A DNA stretch of 64,000 bases from Vicugna vicugna (taxonomy: Eukaryota). The notes beneath the pieces are model-generated. The model worked only from the letters and a program-made list of their open reading frames with translations, made no database searches and was not told the origin of the DNA. Positions 12,541 through 23,590 of this stretch are shown piece after piece. The position numbers were made by a program, and so were the translations under genes. The DNA is taken from the NCBI GenBank assembly GCA_013265495.1, contig MU058669.1:1162234-1226233 (forward strand), written 5' to 3'. Numbering within the stretch: the first letter of the stretch is position 1; each line of letters begins with the position of its first letter.

Positions 12541-14087
12541 GAAAATCAGCTGGAAAAAGGACCCGTCGAAGACTTAACATTTTTTAACATTTGCTTCCCA
12601 CCAGCTAAAACATAAAACCTAGCTGAAATTCTCAGCCATTTAATAGCGCTTTCAGATCGTTACCTGTTTGCTGCCCCGGGTCATAATGCCATACGTTCAA
12701 TTTATGTATCAAATTTATGGGCTTTTGTGGAGGCCAATGCAGCCCAGCAGGAGGGAGCATGAGGTAGAATTCCAAGGCAAAGTATTAGCCTGTTTGACCA
12801 TGACTTCATTTCCTTTGACTCCCCAGGTAGGTGTTAAAGGTCTCTGGTGCTTTCAGAATAGTTGAACAAGGAGGGGTCCTTCCATTGTTTTAATTAAGCA
12901 GGCTTTGACCTTCAAGGCTGTAATTGCTCCTGACATGTAACTTATTGCTTAATTAAAACATGGTGAGACGTGATACCTCACTTCTGGAAAAATAGAGAGT
13001 CAGGGTTCTCTCTATTATCTCAGGGTTCTCTCAGGGTTATTTCTATTTTATCACAGTCCCTCTTTTATCTGAAAGGGATGGGCTGAGGCGGTCGTAGAAT
13101 AATGTCCCATTTCAGAGAGAAAGGATCCAGCAGGCACGAACCTGAGGTGAGTCATTATCCTTCTGAAACAACTAGAGCTTATGAAGTTATTAGGCTGAGA
13201 CGGGGGAAAAAAATAAATCATTTTGCTGAGTTAGGTCAAAAGAAGAAACAATGAAAAATTAAGAATGATGGCATTTCAAAGAGCAACTGAATAGGAATAA
13301 TAATTTTCCCCTATTTTAAAAGCAGATACAAAATGAAACCAATTTTATTTCTTTATCTGCTTTTTTTTTTTTTGATATTGCTTTTAAGTGCCTTTGCATC
13401 TGCAGGAAAAAATATTTGAGATCTTTTTTGACAAAGTCATTGAGGGTTTTCAACAATAGTGTATTTAAAAGTTAGAAAGTCGACATCTTTCTCCCTTCTC
13501 CATTTTCAGAAGGAGGACTTGTGAAAAAGAGTGAGGGCAACAGAGAAAGGAAATTGTTAAGTATGGAGCTATGGATGTTTTCTCTGGATCATCCTGGCAA
13601 CTTGGGAAATGTTTAGAAGCAGTATTACTGCTCCATCTAATCTCTTAGGGTGCCACAGTGACTGAACTAGGTAACAAGAGCCTGGATTTGCTGAAGAATT
13701 GTCAGCCTTCTAGCTTAATTGGCTAGAATGACTCAGCATAAAGGTTGTAGTAATAAGAACATAGAGTCCTAACATGCTGAAATGGGAAGGGGTCTTGGAG
13801 ATCATTGACTCCAGATCCTTCTTTTCACAGACATGGAAGCTGAGGTAGAGGAGAGGCCACAGCAAGTGCAGTAGGTAGGGGGCAGAATCAGGAGATGGAG
13901 GAACTTAACCCTTGTTGACTCCCCTTCCTTAATCTAGTGCCATTTTCCCATCACTTTTGGAAGGAGGTACAGTCTAAATAGTTACAGTAGTCATCTGCTC
14001 TTGGATTTCTCTGTTGGGAAAAAGAAACAAAGCTAGTTTGTTCCTAGAAGATTAACATATACCTTTAGGATGTCTTTGTAATTTAAA

Positions 14088-14112
14088 TGTGTGTGTGTGT
14101 GTGTGTGTGTGT
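14088..14112. repeat. (TG)n microsatellite
   Basis: Perfect tg run of about 12 units. Confidence 0.95.
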
Positions 14113-15224
14113 ATTGAAAGTATTTTAGTCATTCCTTCTTTCACTTAAAATTGTTCTATAAGAATTTTCCAGTGCCATTAATGCTCTTCAAAAAAGAAAA
14201 AAAAAGGTTTGGCAGGATTGCATCCCATTTTATTATATGGGATAGCATATTCCCCACTTACTGGATATTTAATTTTAAATAATATTTAGAAGTTTTTACA
14301 GTGATGGATACATTTTATAGAAATTTTTTACTGCATTACTGAGTGTTTCCTTTGTATAAATCCCTAGACTCAGAACATACAGGTCAAAGGGCAAACCCGT
14401 TTTTAGGCTTCTGACATATCTTGCCTTGGGAGTCTTCCAAGAAGGTTAATAAGTAGAACCCATTTTCCCTGCCTGGATCCTGAACAAACTGAGAATTAAG
14501 ACAAAGAGTAAGGCTGATGGAAATAAAAATGTCACACCATTGTTAAGACTACAGTGGAGGATGTATCTTAGCTTAAGAACCCAGTGGGCTTCCTAACTAA
14601 ACCCCATGGTTACACTGATGGCTGGTAAGGACGGAAGACCATGAACACCCCCTTCCCATGGGCAGTGTACTCACAGAGAGCGAAAGGGAGAATGCATAAT
14701 TTCTTTTCCGCAGATTACCAATCATGTAAGTCACTCCGCTCCCTCTTGGTGCAGCCAGTAAATGAACAGAGACATCTGGGAGTGTCGTGCGTATTGGAAT
14801 TCCCTCAGGAGTGGAAGAAGCTTCTATTTCCCCTAAATACTTAGCAAATTGCTTCTTCATTCAACACCCCTTGACTATACTAAGTGTCAGGCACTGTGCA
14901 AAGCACTGAAGGGATCCAGATGAATTAGGACACAATCTTTGCTCTCAGGTGACTTTAGTTGGTATTTCTCAAGGCCTTTCCCATCTGCAGTCTGATGGGT
15001 TTGCTTTGTGCAGTGCCCTGTGAGATAAGGAAGCGCTCTTATCTTAGGACTTGGACACTAATCTACTAGCAGCAAAATGGGGCAGCAGAGAACCAGTAGG
15101 TAGAACTGAATTGATCATCCATTCCCTCAAAGCAGGATGAGAACTTGAGAAATTAATTTTGCTTCAAGACAAAGGATGGTGTTCAGAGGATGTCATACTG
15201 CTTGGTCTGTCTAAGTAGTCATGG

Positions 15225-15455
15225 TAATGGTAATAGTAGGAGTTACTGTGTATTAAACACTTAATGAAAGTTAGTCTCTGTGCTCAGCCCTTTGGGACAA
15301 TTTATCCTTCAATACTCTGCCTAACTCTAGGAGACAGGTGCCAAACTGAGGCTCAGGGAGGTTGTTAGTAGTAAGTCCAAGGGTATCCAGCTCCTGGGGG
15401 GAAATGAATTCAAATTCAAATGTGTTTAACACCCCTTTGAACTTTTAATTATTAC
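15225..15455 (-). mobile_element. MIR SINE
   Basis: aaactgaggctcagggaggtt...aagtccaagggtatccagct...gaattcaaattc. Confidence 0.65.
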
Positions 15456-15767
15456 ACTTCAGATAGAGCAGAAATGCAATGATTCACAGACAGGTAGAGC
15501 AGTGAGTAAATTTTGGGAGAAAGGATAGTTCACATGTTCAGGCAAATCATTGATGAGCATCCAGAAAATCTCTCAGCAGGTTGCAGGTTGAAGATGGAAA
15601 GGGGAAACTACAGGAAAGATCAGGTCACAATCCTAAGAGGGTTCTGTGTATGCCAGAAGCAGAATTTTCAAGACAAGTGGCTGTAATAAAGACTGTAAAT
15701 GAAGTAGAAGTTTGATTCTTAAAACAGGGGTCTAAGAATCGAGGATGCACAGTGTTCCTCTTGTATT

Positions 15768-16315
15768 TGTCAGGGAGGAAGAAACTCTTCCTCTGTCTTC
15801 TTAGGTTCAGGATTTGGGAATTGGGGGTCTAAAAATTAAATATACAAAAGACAGATTAACAGGAGAAAAGGCATGTAAGTTTTATGAATGTTTTATGTGT
15901 CATGGTGTTCATAGAAAAGAAGTGACTCAGTGGTAGACATGGGGGCTTATATACCATTTTAACAGAGAAAAAGGGGTTCGGGCTTCAAGGAATGATACAC
16001 TCTGAGAAACTGTGGGAACTATGTGGGGGAAGCTAATGGAAGAGAAGTGTGTTTTAGTGAGGTCTGTTTTTATGCAAACTCATCTCGGTACTGACTCTGT
16101 CTCCAGTAATAAGTGTCACTCTCTTCTTGAGGAGGAGGGGTCTACTTTCACAAGGAAAACGTGTGCTATCTTCCTGAAGAGAGATGGATGCTCTAGTTTT
16201 AGGCAGAAGGGGGAGGGCAGAGAACTCTCGCTGCATCTGTGGATTCTCGTTTGCATTCAGGTCACAGTAATCCTTGTGCCCCACTGGCATGTTTTGGGGT
16301 AGCTGTATCCTCTTC
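15768..16315 (-). mobile_element. MER34-like ERV1 solo LTR
   Basis: Minus strand starts ...accccaaaacatgccagtggggcacaaggattact...gaatgcaaacgagaatccacagatgcag; aaaagacagattaacaggagaaaagg near the other end. Confidence 0.75.
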
Positions 16316-16432
16316 TAATAAATCTAATAAAGTGGGATCGATGCTTTATGATTGGCAACCGTAACTGGGAGTTGTCTGCCTACTTTTTCCAAGACAGAGG
16401 GTGTATCCTTTGAAATAACTGTCTGAGACAAG

Positions 16433-16855
16433 TGCATTAATCTGGGTCTTGCATGAAGGAGGCACCAAGATGGGACACAGTGTGCAAAGAGTTGATTAGG
16501 GAACACACCTGTATACATGGAAATAGGGAAAGGATCATTGACAGAGTCGCGATGCGCTGAGCCTAAGTGGAGGAGAGACAGAAGGCTGGATGAAGCATCA
16601 TAAACTGAGTGCGATCTACAGAAGGTTCAGCAAAGCCGTCGGAGAGTCTCAAGAGGATGCAGGCCATCGGAGGAGTCCATCTCCTAGGAGGCCTTTGTCT
16701 TCGTCGCCCCTGTGGACCCAGTCATTAGCTGGCAGCCAGGAGGAGTCATGGTGTCTGTTCAAATGTGGGGGTAGATTTTGAAGTTCATCAGCTGGGATCC
16801 TGGGTCACACTCCCAGCAGGAGGTGAGCAAGGGGCATTCTCAGGACTGCTGCAGG
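16433..16855 (-). mobile_element. LTR16-like ERVL LTR
   Basis: tctgggtct...gtgcaaagagttgattagggaacacacctgt...cgatgc...ggagagacagaagg resembles antisense LTR16A/B. Confidence 0.6.
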
Positions 16856-17042
16856 TGTGTATCAGATGGTACTCCAAAGGTAGGAAAGATATGTTGTTCC
16901 TGCTTTATAGTTGAGAAACTGAGACACAGGGACACCGATGAATTTCCTGCAGGATGAATGCTGATGCTGTGATAGAACCTGAGGTTGCCTGGGTGTGAAT
17001 TTTCTCTTTCTCAAGAGGTACCCAGCGTAAAGTTCTGCTGGT

Positions 17043-17225
17043 GAAGTTTTCTCTAACTTGAATGTGCATCAGAGTCCCCTGAAGGGCTTGTTAAAACAGT
17101 GAATGCTGGGAACCATTCTGATTCTAGAGATCAGAGGAGGGCCTGAGAATTTGCATTTGTGTTTCTAACAGATTCTCAGGTGAGGCCGATACTGGCAGGG
17201 AGGGGAACAACTCTGAGAACCACTG
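17043..17225. mobile_element. MER5A hAT-Charlie MITE
   Basis: tgcatcagagtcccctgaagggcttgttaaaacag...ggcctgagaatttgcatt...ctgagaaccactg. Confidence 0.85.
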
Positions 17226-17924
17226 TGCTCAGTAGTTCATGCTTTTCCATTCTCTACGGGCACATGCGCGTGCGTGTGTAATTAGCGGGTAGGGGTAGGG
17301 AGGGAGAGCAGGGGAAAATGTCTTGTTTATCTGATAAACTCCTCCTCCTTACAGAGTCCAAACACTGTGTCTGAACTGTGATAGGTATGTAATAAATATT
17401 TGTTAAATTGACTTTCTTTTACTTTGGGAAAAACTTATGAAATTCTCAATGTCCCGAAAACAGACTTGTCTTTCCAGAGGAAAAACACTGGAACTGACTC
17501 ATATTTTTGTCTGAAATGATTTCTCCTTGGGAGAAGCAGCAGTTGCCTTGGTCTGTTTTCTCTAGCCCTTTGCACTTAACCTTTCTTCTACTTCAACCTC
17601 ATTAGTAAGGCCAGGGAACCAAGGGGGCAGGAGCAAGGTGGCAGACTCAGTGTGATTTCCAGTTTGTGGATGCTTCTTTTTTTTTTTTTTTTAATCTTTA
17701 TCTTTGATGCATACAGCAGCAAGTACAAGGGAAGATGTACTGGCTGCTGGTCTTCACATCTGATGATAACTCTTAAGAGTTCACTTCTTCAATTGGGCTG
17801 CTGGATTTGGGGTTTTATGTAGTCTGATGATAAGCAAAACCTGTCATGGAGAGACTTAATCTCTGCTGCAGCTGCTGCCTGGTGCGGCTCTGACCCGGAA
17901 AGCCCATTTTGCGGTGACCACGAA

Positions 17925-18160
17925 TAATAATAACAACAGTGTGTGTCTGGCACTGAGCTAAGAGCTTTACATGCCTGTTTTATTTATTAATCACAGAAAC
18001 CAAATTGTGTTGGTGGTATTCTTATTCCCTATGTCACCAGTTAGGAGAATTGGGCATAGAGTAAGTAGAATGGCTTAGCTATGTAGCTAGTGAGTGGTAG
18101 ATCCTTCATTTAAACCCTGGTCTGTTTGGCTCCAGTATCTTGACTCTCAGCCACCAACTA
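17925..18160 (-). mobile_element. MIR SINE
   Basis: tggcactgagctaagagctttacatg...tagctagtgagtggtaga...atttaaaccctggtctgtttggctccag. Confidence 0.75.
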
Positions 18161-19902
18161 TGGTACTTTCTGAGTGCATATAGATACACAGTATCTCAAC
18201 CCACCCTGTAGATACCTCAAAGGGATAACTGAGCAGAAAGAAGGCAGGTGCTGTTCCCAGTATCGTGCAGCGAATTAGCAACAGAATCGGAACTAGAACA
18301 AACATCTCCATGGTCTCTGAGTCAGTGTCAGTGACTTTCCTGGTTACCAGGGTCTTGTACTTAAGCATCATTGTTACTCTTTCTCCTCGTGCTTCTCTGT
18401 GACAACTGGGTGTCTTTGTGTCATCCCTCTCCTGACTCAGCACCGACATGATTTGTGCCCCATCTCTACTTACTCAGGCTACAAGTCCATTTTCATTTCC
18501 TCCCACTACCCATTCCTGTTTGCCCAGGAGGCCTGAGAATCTTCTCCAGTTATACACGTTTTAGTTTCTCCACAAGCCGTTTATCCCAGATGTTAGGTCT
18601 GATTTAGTAGAGACTTTAGGGTAGGGGAAAACAGCTCCACCTTGCCTATCTCATTGCTAAGGGAATGCTACTGTGAAAATCATAGAAGGCCATTTGCTCC
18701 CTCGTCTTCATTGTAAATAAGTATCAAGGAACCCACAAAGGCACTTGTCAGGGTCTGTGTCACGGGGGCAAACACATGGCAGCATGAGTCAGACAGTGAT
18801 TGCAATCAGTGTGCTCTCTCATCTTCTCCTTCAGACCTGGAGAAAAGCTGGACAGGCTAGTTCCAGTGGCTTTATAATCACATCTTCCAAGACAAAGAAA
18901 CTACCCAAATTAAAAGAAATTCCTTCTCTGTTAACGTCTGGAAACATTACGTCATCCCTTCCCACTGGTGTCCTGGGAAGGTTAGCATGCTGCCTCCCTC
19001 CCCCATCATTTTGTATTACCAGAGAGGGTAGTAAAGTAGTTATGATGTTGATAACCAGTAATATCTTGAATGTATTATTATTTTGGCCAGTGAGTAGAAA
19101 ATAATAAATTCCAAGCAAGGTTGAGGACTTCTTTCTTACTTCTCACTAAACTCAAATCAAAATAAAATGCCTTCTTCCATATCCTCTTAGGTCCTTTTAT
19201 TGGGTTTAAATTTTTCTAACTAACATTGATGTTCCCCAGTCTCTCTTATTCTTATAGAGACTCTGGGCATTATTAACCATTAAGATGTGGGAACTGTGGA
19301 CTCTCTGGAGTAGTGGTTTCCAAATTCTCGTACAAGAATAGGTGTTCACATGATGTTTACACTAGTGCGTGGTGGAATGAATAAATCTGTACAGTGTATA
19401 TAGATTGCAGAAGTGGTCACTTCCTAACCTCCTCTGTGGAACCTCCACTGGGACTCGTCCAGTACTCATCGCAGTGTTTCCACCACCGGGACCAGTGTGG
19501 CACACCACAGGCGTTCAGTACATGTGCTTTGAGTAAATGAATGAATGCAGTGTCCTGTTTTGGGAAGAGCTGTTCTTTATTCTGTGATTGTCTTTTTTTT
19601 GGTGTTAAAATATATTTTTTAAAAGAAAGTGATGGTAATAGAAATTATTTTTAATATCCTTCCTTGGCAAAACTAAAGGCTTAGGATCCTGTCTTTGCCA
19701 TCTACATCTGATTTTTTTTTTAAATTTCACAGGGCTAAGAATGTAACAACCTGGAAATTATTGGTATAATCTACTTCCTAATGTTAAAATGGAGGAATTG
19801 CTGTCCAGGGAGAGGAAATAGCTTGCTGAAAACCTCATTTATTGAATTATTACCTGTTCCCCCATGACTCCTTTTATTTTATAGAATTATAATTATAAGT
19901 TA

Positions 19903-20045
19903 ATTCTTTTTCTTTTCTTTCTTTCCTTCCTTTCTTCTTTCCTTCTTTCTTTCTTTTCTTTTCTCTCTTTCTCTTCCTCCCTCACTCCCTTCCTCTCTCT
20001 CTCTTTCCCTCCCTTCCTTCCTTCTTTTGTTCTCTTTTTCTTTAG
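19903..20045. repeat. CT-rich polypyrimidine simple repeat (tttc/ttcc/ct units)
   Basis: About 140 nt of nearly pure pyrimidine; source of spurious ORF 19893-20075. Confidence 0.9.
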
Positions 20046-20254
20046 TACTTTCATTCTTCCGTTTTTATGGATCATTTTGGTCTCTGAATATTGTAAGCTC
20101 CTTGATAAAGTGAATCATGCTATATTCTTGTTTTGTAAGATTAGCAACACCCCTTGCTTAGGACGATGCTACCTGTGGTATGAAACTTTTGCTTTGAAGT
20201 CTAAGCTTGATGGATACAAATAAGGATTTCCTCGTTTTTTGGTGGGGGGAGAGG

Positions 20255-20787
20255 TATTAATCCCTTATCTGACATACAATTTGCAAAAAACTTTTCACAT
20301 TCTGTAGGTTGTGTTTTCATTTTATTAATTGTTGTTTTGCTATGCAGAAGCTTTTGAGTTTTATACAGTCCCATTTGTTGATTTTTGCTTTTGTTGTTTG
20401 TGCATTTGGTGTCATGTCCAAAAAAATTATTGCCAAGACCAATATTGAGGAGCTTCTTCCCTACATTTACTTCTAATGCCTTTATGGTACCAGGTGTTAT
20501 GTTTAAGGCTTTGACTCATTTTGAGTTAATTTTTGTGAGTGGTGTGGGATAGGGGTCCAGTTTCATTGTTCTGCATGTGTTTCTCCAGTTTTTCTAGCAT
20601 CATTTGTTGAGGATACTATCCTTCCCTCATTGGGTGTTCTTGGCTCCCTTTTTGAATAATAGTTGACTAGATATGCTGGGATTTAATTCTGGGCTCTCTA
20701 TTCTGCTTCATGGTTGGTCTGTGTGTCTATTTTGTGCCATACTGTTTTTATTACTATGGTTTTGTAGTATAGTTTGAAATCAGGAAG
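20255..20787 (-). mobile_element. Inverted 5' segment of a twin-primed L1 (ORF2 fragment)
   Basis: Antisense ORF2, from ttcctgatttcaaactatactacaaa (right) to gataagggattaata (left). Confidence 0.85.
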
Positions 20788-21640
20788 CAACAGGCACTTA
20801 AAAAGAGGCTCAGTATCACTAATAATCAGGGAAATGCCAATCAAAACCATAATAAAATATCACCTCACACCTGCTAGAATGGCTGTCAGCAAGGAGACAA
20901 CAGGTGCTGGTGAGGATGTGATGAAAGGGGAAACCCTATACACTCTTGATAAGAATGTAAATTTTTTCCAGCCACTATGGGAAACAATATGAAGTTGCCT
21001 CAAAAAATCAAAAATAGTTCTACCGTATGATCCACTTCTGGATTTATTTCCAATGAAAACGAAAACAGGATTTTGAAAAGATATATGCACTCCCATATTT
21101 ATGGCATCATTATTTAAAATAACCAAGATACAGAAACAACCCAAATGCCCACCATTGGGTGAATGGATAAAAAAGATATGATGCATGTACACAATGGACT
21201 ATTACCCAGGCGTGAGAAAGGAGCATCTCCTCCCATTTGTGGTGACATGGATGGACCATGAACACATGATGCTAAATGAGGTAAGTCAGACAGAGAAAGA
21301 CAAATACTGTATGATATCCTTGTATGTGGAATCTAAAAAGTTAAACTCACAAAAAACAGAGTAGAATCATGGTTACCAAGGGATTGGAAGTCGGATGAAA
21401 TGATTGATGGTGTTAAGTGTGCAAACCTGCAATGAATAATAAATAAGCCATGGAGATCTAATGTGCAGTGTAGTGAATGTAGACAACACTATTGTACTAG
21501 AATTATGTAAAGCAATAAATCATGACAGTCATAGTACAATATATGAATATATGTTATCTGTATATAAATGTATCAAAATAACACATTGCATACCTTAAAT
21601 TTACTTAATGTTATATGTCAAATTTATTCAATTAAAAAAA
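20788..21640 (+). mobile_element. L1 3' segment (ORF2 C-terminus + L1MA9-like 3' UTR + short polyA)
   Basis: ORF 20774-20992 IIREMPIKTIIKYHLTPARMA; 3' end ttgcataccttaaatttacttaatgttatatgtcaaatttattcaattaaaaaaa. Confidence 0.9.
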
Positions 21641-23374
21641 TTAAGGAAACTCTATTAACCTTCATCCTTGTTTCACAATATAAATGGAGACAAGGAAAAA
21701 TAAGCCTGAACCTGACATGTAATCCAAGTAGAAACCTGTTATCTGATCAGTCCCAGGTAGGGAAATAAATTGATTTATAACAGATCAGTTCATAAAGGTG
21801 GAATGACACACAGAGCATTCACCTTGAACATGGATTTTGAGACTAGGTTTGCAAAGCTGATTGATACCCATTGCATGTCTACCCTCAGAAACGGGAGAAG
21901 AATGAACATTGTTTTTACATCTTGTCACATACTTTCATGTTCCAAAAAAGGACCAGTTTCTGATATTTAAAGCAAGGATAAAATGTAGCTACAAACACCT
22001 AAATGAAATGAACTTTATTAATGATGCCATGAACATTCAATAGATCTAGTAAAAAAATACTATCATTTGCTTTTGTCTAAACTTTTGCTGTAGAAACCTG
22101 ACAAGAAATAATAGACCTCTGTTTAATTCTTTTCTGTTACACTTTTGTACATTTCCACTTTACCCATTATTGGTTTTATTCATAAAAATCTAATTAGTAA
22201 TTTGGTAGTAAGCTCCTTTTACATTAATTGGTCAGAGCACACATTTGTACTAAAATTGACCTGATTGACTAAGAACTGTTCTTTCCCTGTCTGGTTCTAA
22301 TTCAAATTATGTTTTATTTTCACTACTAACTTCAACTGTAATTTCTTATGTTAGTTTGTTATCAAAAAAAAAACTTTTAATATCTTACACAGTAGTACGA
22401 TATAGGGAAAGCTTCCTCTTTTTCTTTCACTTTTAAAAATTATCTGAGTTTACACTCTTGCGTGCATTAATTGTGCAACTTAAAAAAATCACACAAAGAA
22501 AATAAAATTAAAATTTAAGCCCTAATCTGCTCAAGGACCAAGTCCCTATATTTTCTGCTTCACTCAAAATGTATCCACATTAATAAAACCAGTTAAAACA
22601 AAATAAATGCAACCTGATAAACTTGAGGAAAATTTATTATAATTTTTAAAATTATTAATATACCTGGGACTCTGAAATATAGCCCTAAATGTTGCCAGAA
22701 GATAGGTCGTTAAGGATGGACCAAATTGCCAACCAGGTTTTCACTGCCAAATGCCCCTACACCAAAAGGGGGGGGCAGTTGTGAGTAATTTGGGCATGGA
22801 CGCTCCCGGAAGACACATTCAGTATCAGTGTTCCAATTGAACACTTGGCTATGAGCCTCTGGATGTCACTTGTCTTCCTCCTACTGCAGAATGTCAGCTG
22901 AGGAGAGCTTGTTCTTAATAAGAAGAAAAAAGAGATCATAGAGAAGGAAGCAAGCCTTCTGAAATTGCCGTGATGCTCTCAGCGCAGTCATAATCTCTGG
23001 GTGAGGTCATCTAGTTAGACTGCTGCCATTGTGGGGACAGAGGACCCCATCCCAGGTCTGCGCACAGGAGCTTATTAAATTCTAGGAGAATGACAACACT
23101 TCTGTGTGTACTCCATACTGATGCATCAGATGGGTTGGGTCCAGCCACTCATGTGCTTCACCCACTTGTCCCGAGGACTGATGTAATGGACAGACTGCGA
23201 TGCGCATGCACACATGTGTTTGTGTGTCCGTGTGTGAGTAAGTTAAGTGTTTGGGGTTGGACATGGGGCAGATTTATCAGAGGGATGCAATAGGCAGTTC
23301 CAGGGCAAACATTTCTGGTGAGTTTAAGGCTGGTGAATTAGAAAAGTTTACATTTTAAGCTTTACCTATTATTT

Positions 23375-23590
23375 ATACAGCACATCTCCACTTGCAGATC
23401 ACTTTCACATCTCAGTCTCTAATGTAATCCTAAAAAGAATCCAGCAATATTACTAAGACCGATATAATTATCCCTTTTTGCCCCCCTAGATGATACAGCT
23501 AAGGGTATGCTACTTGCCTGCCAGTTGCTGAGTGGTGTAGCCATGTCTCCAACATAGGACTCATCTCTAAACCCAGAGTTCTCTCCCTTT
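23375..23590 (-). mobile_element. MIR SINE
   Basis: cactttcacatctc...taatcct...attatccctt...agttgctgagtggtgtagcc. Confidence 0.55.

Noticed and set aside
13001..13038. Short repeated unit cagggttctctc as a CRISPR-like or functional array
   Set aside because: Only 2-3 partial copies; ordinary slippage duplication in a mammalian genome.
19893..20075. Lys/Glu/Arg-rich ORF
   Set aside because: Translation of a CT-rich simple repeat.
22758..22780. CTCF-like caccaaaaggggggggcag
   Set aside because: The G-run length breaks the spacing between CC..AG and GGC.
22664..22913. Minus-strand 250-nt exon (tctcttttttcttcttattaag| ... CAG|gtatat)
   Set aside because: Stops in all frames, moderate donor and no supporting partner exons; cannot be distinguished from chance.
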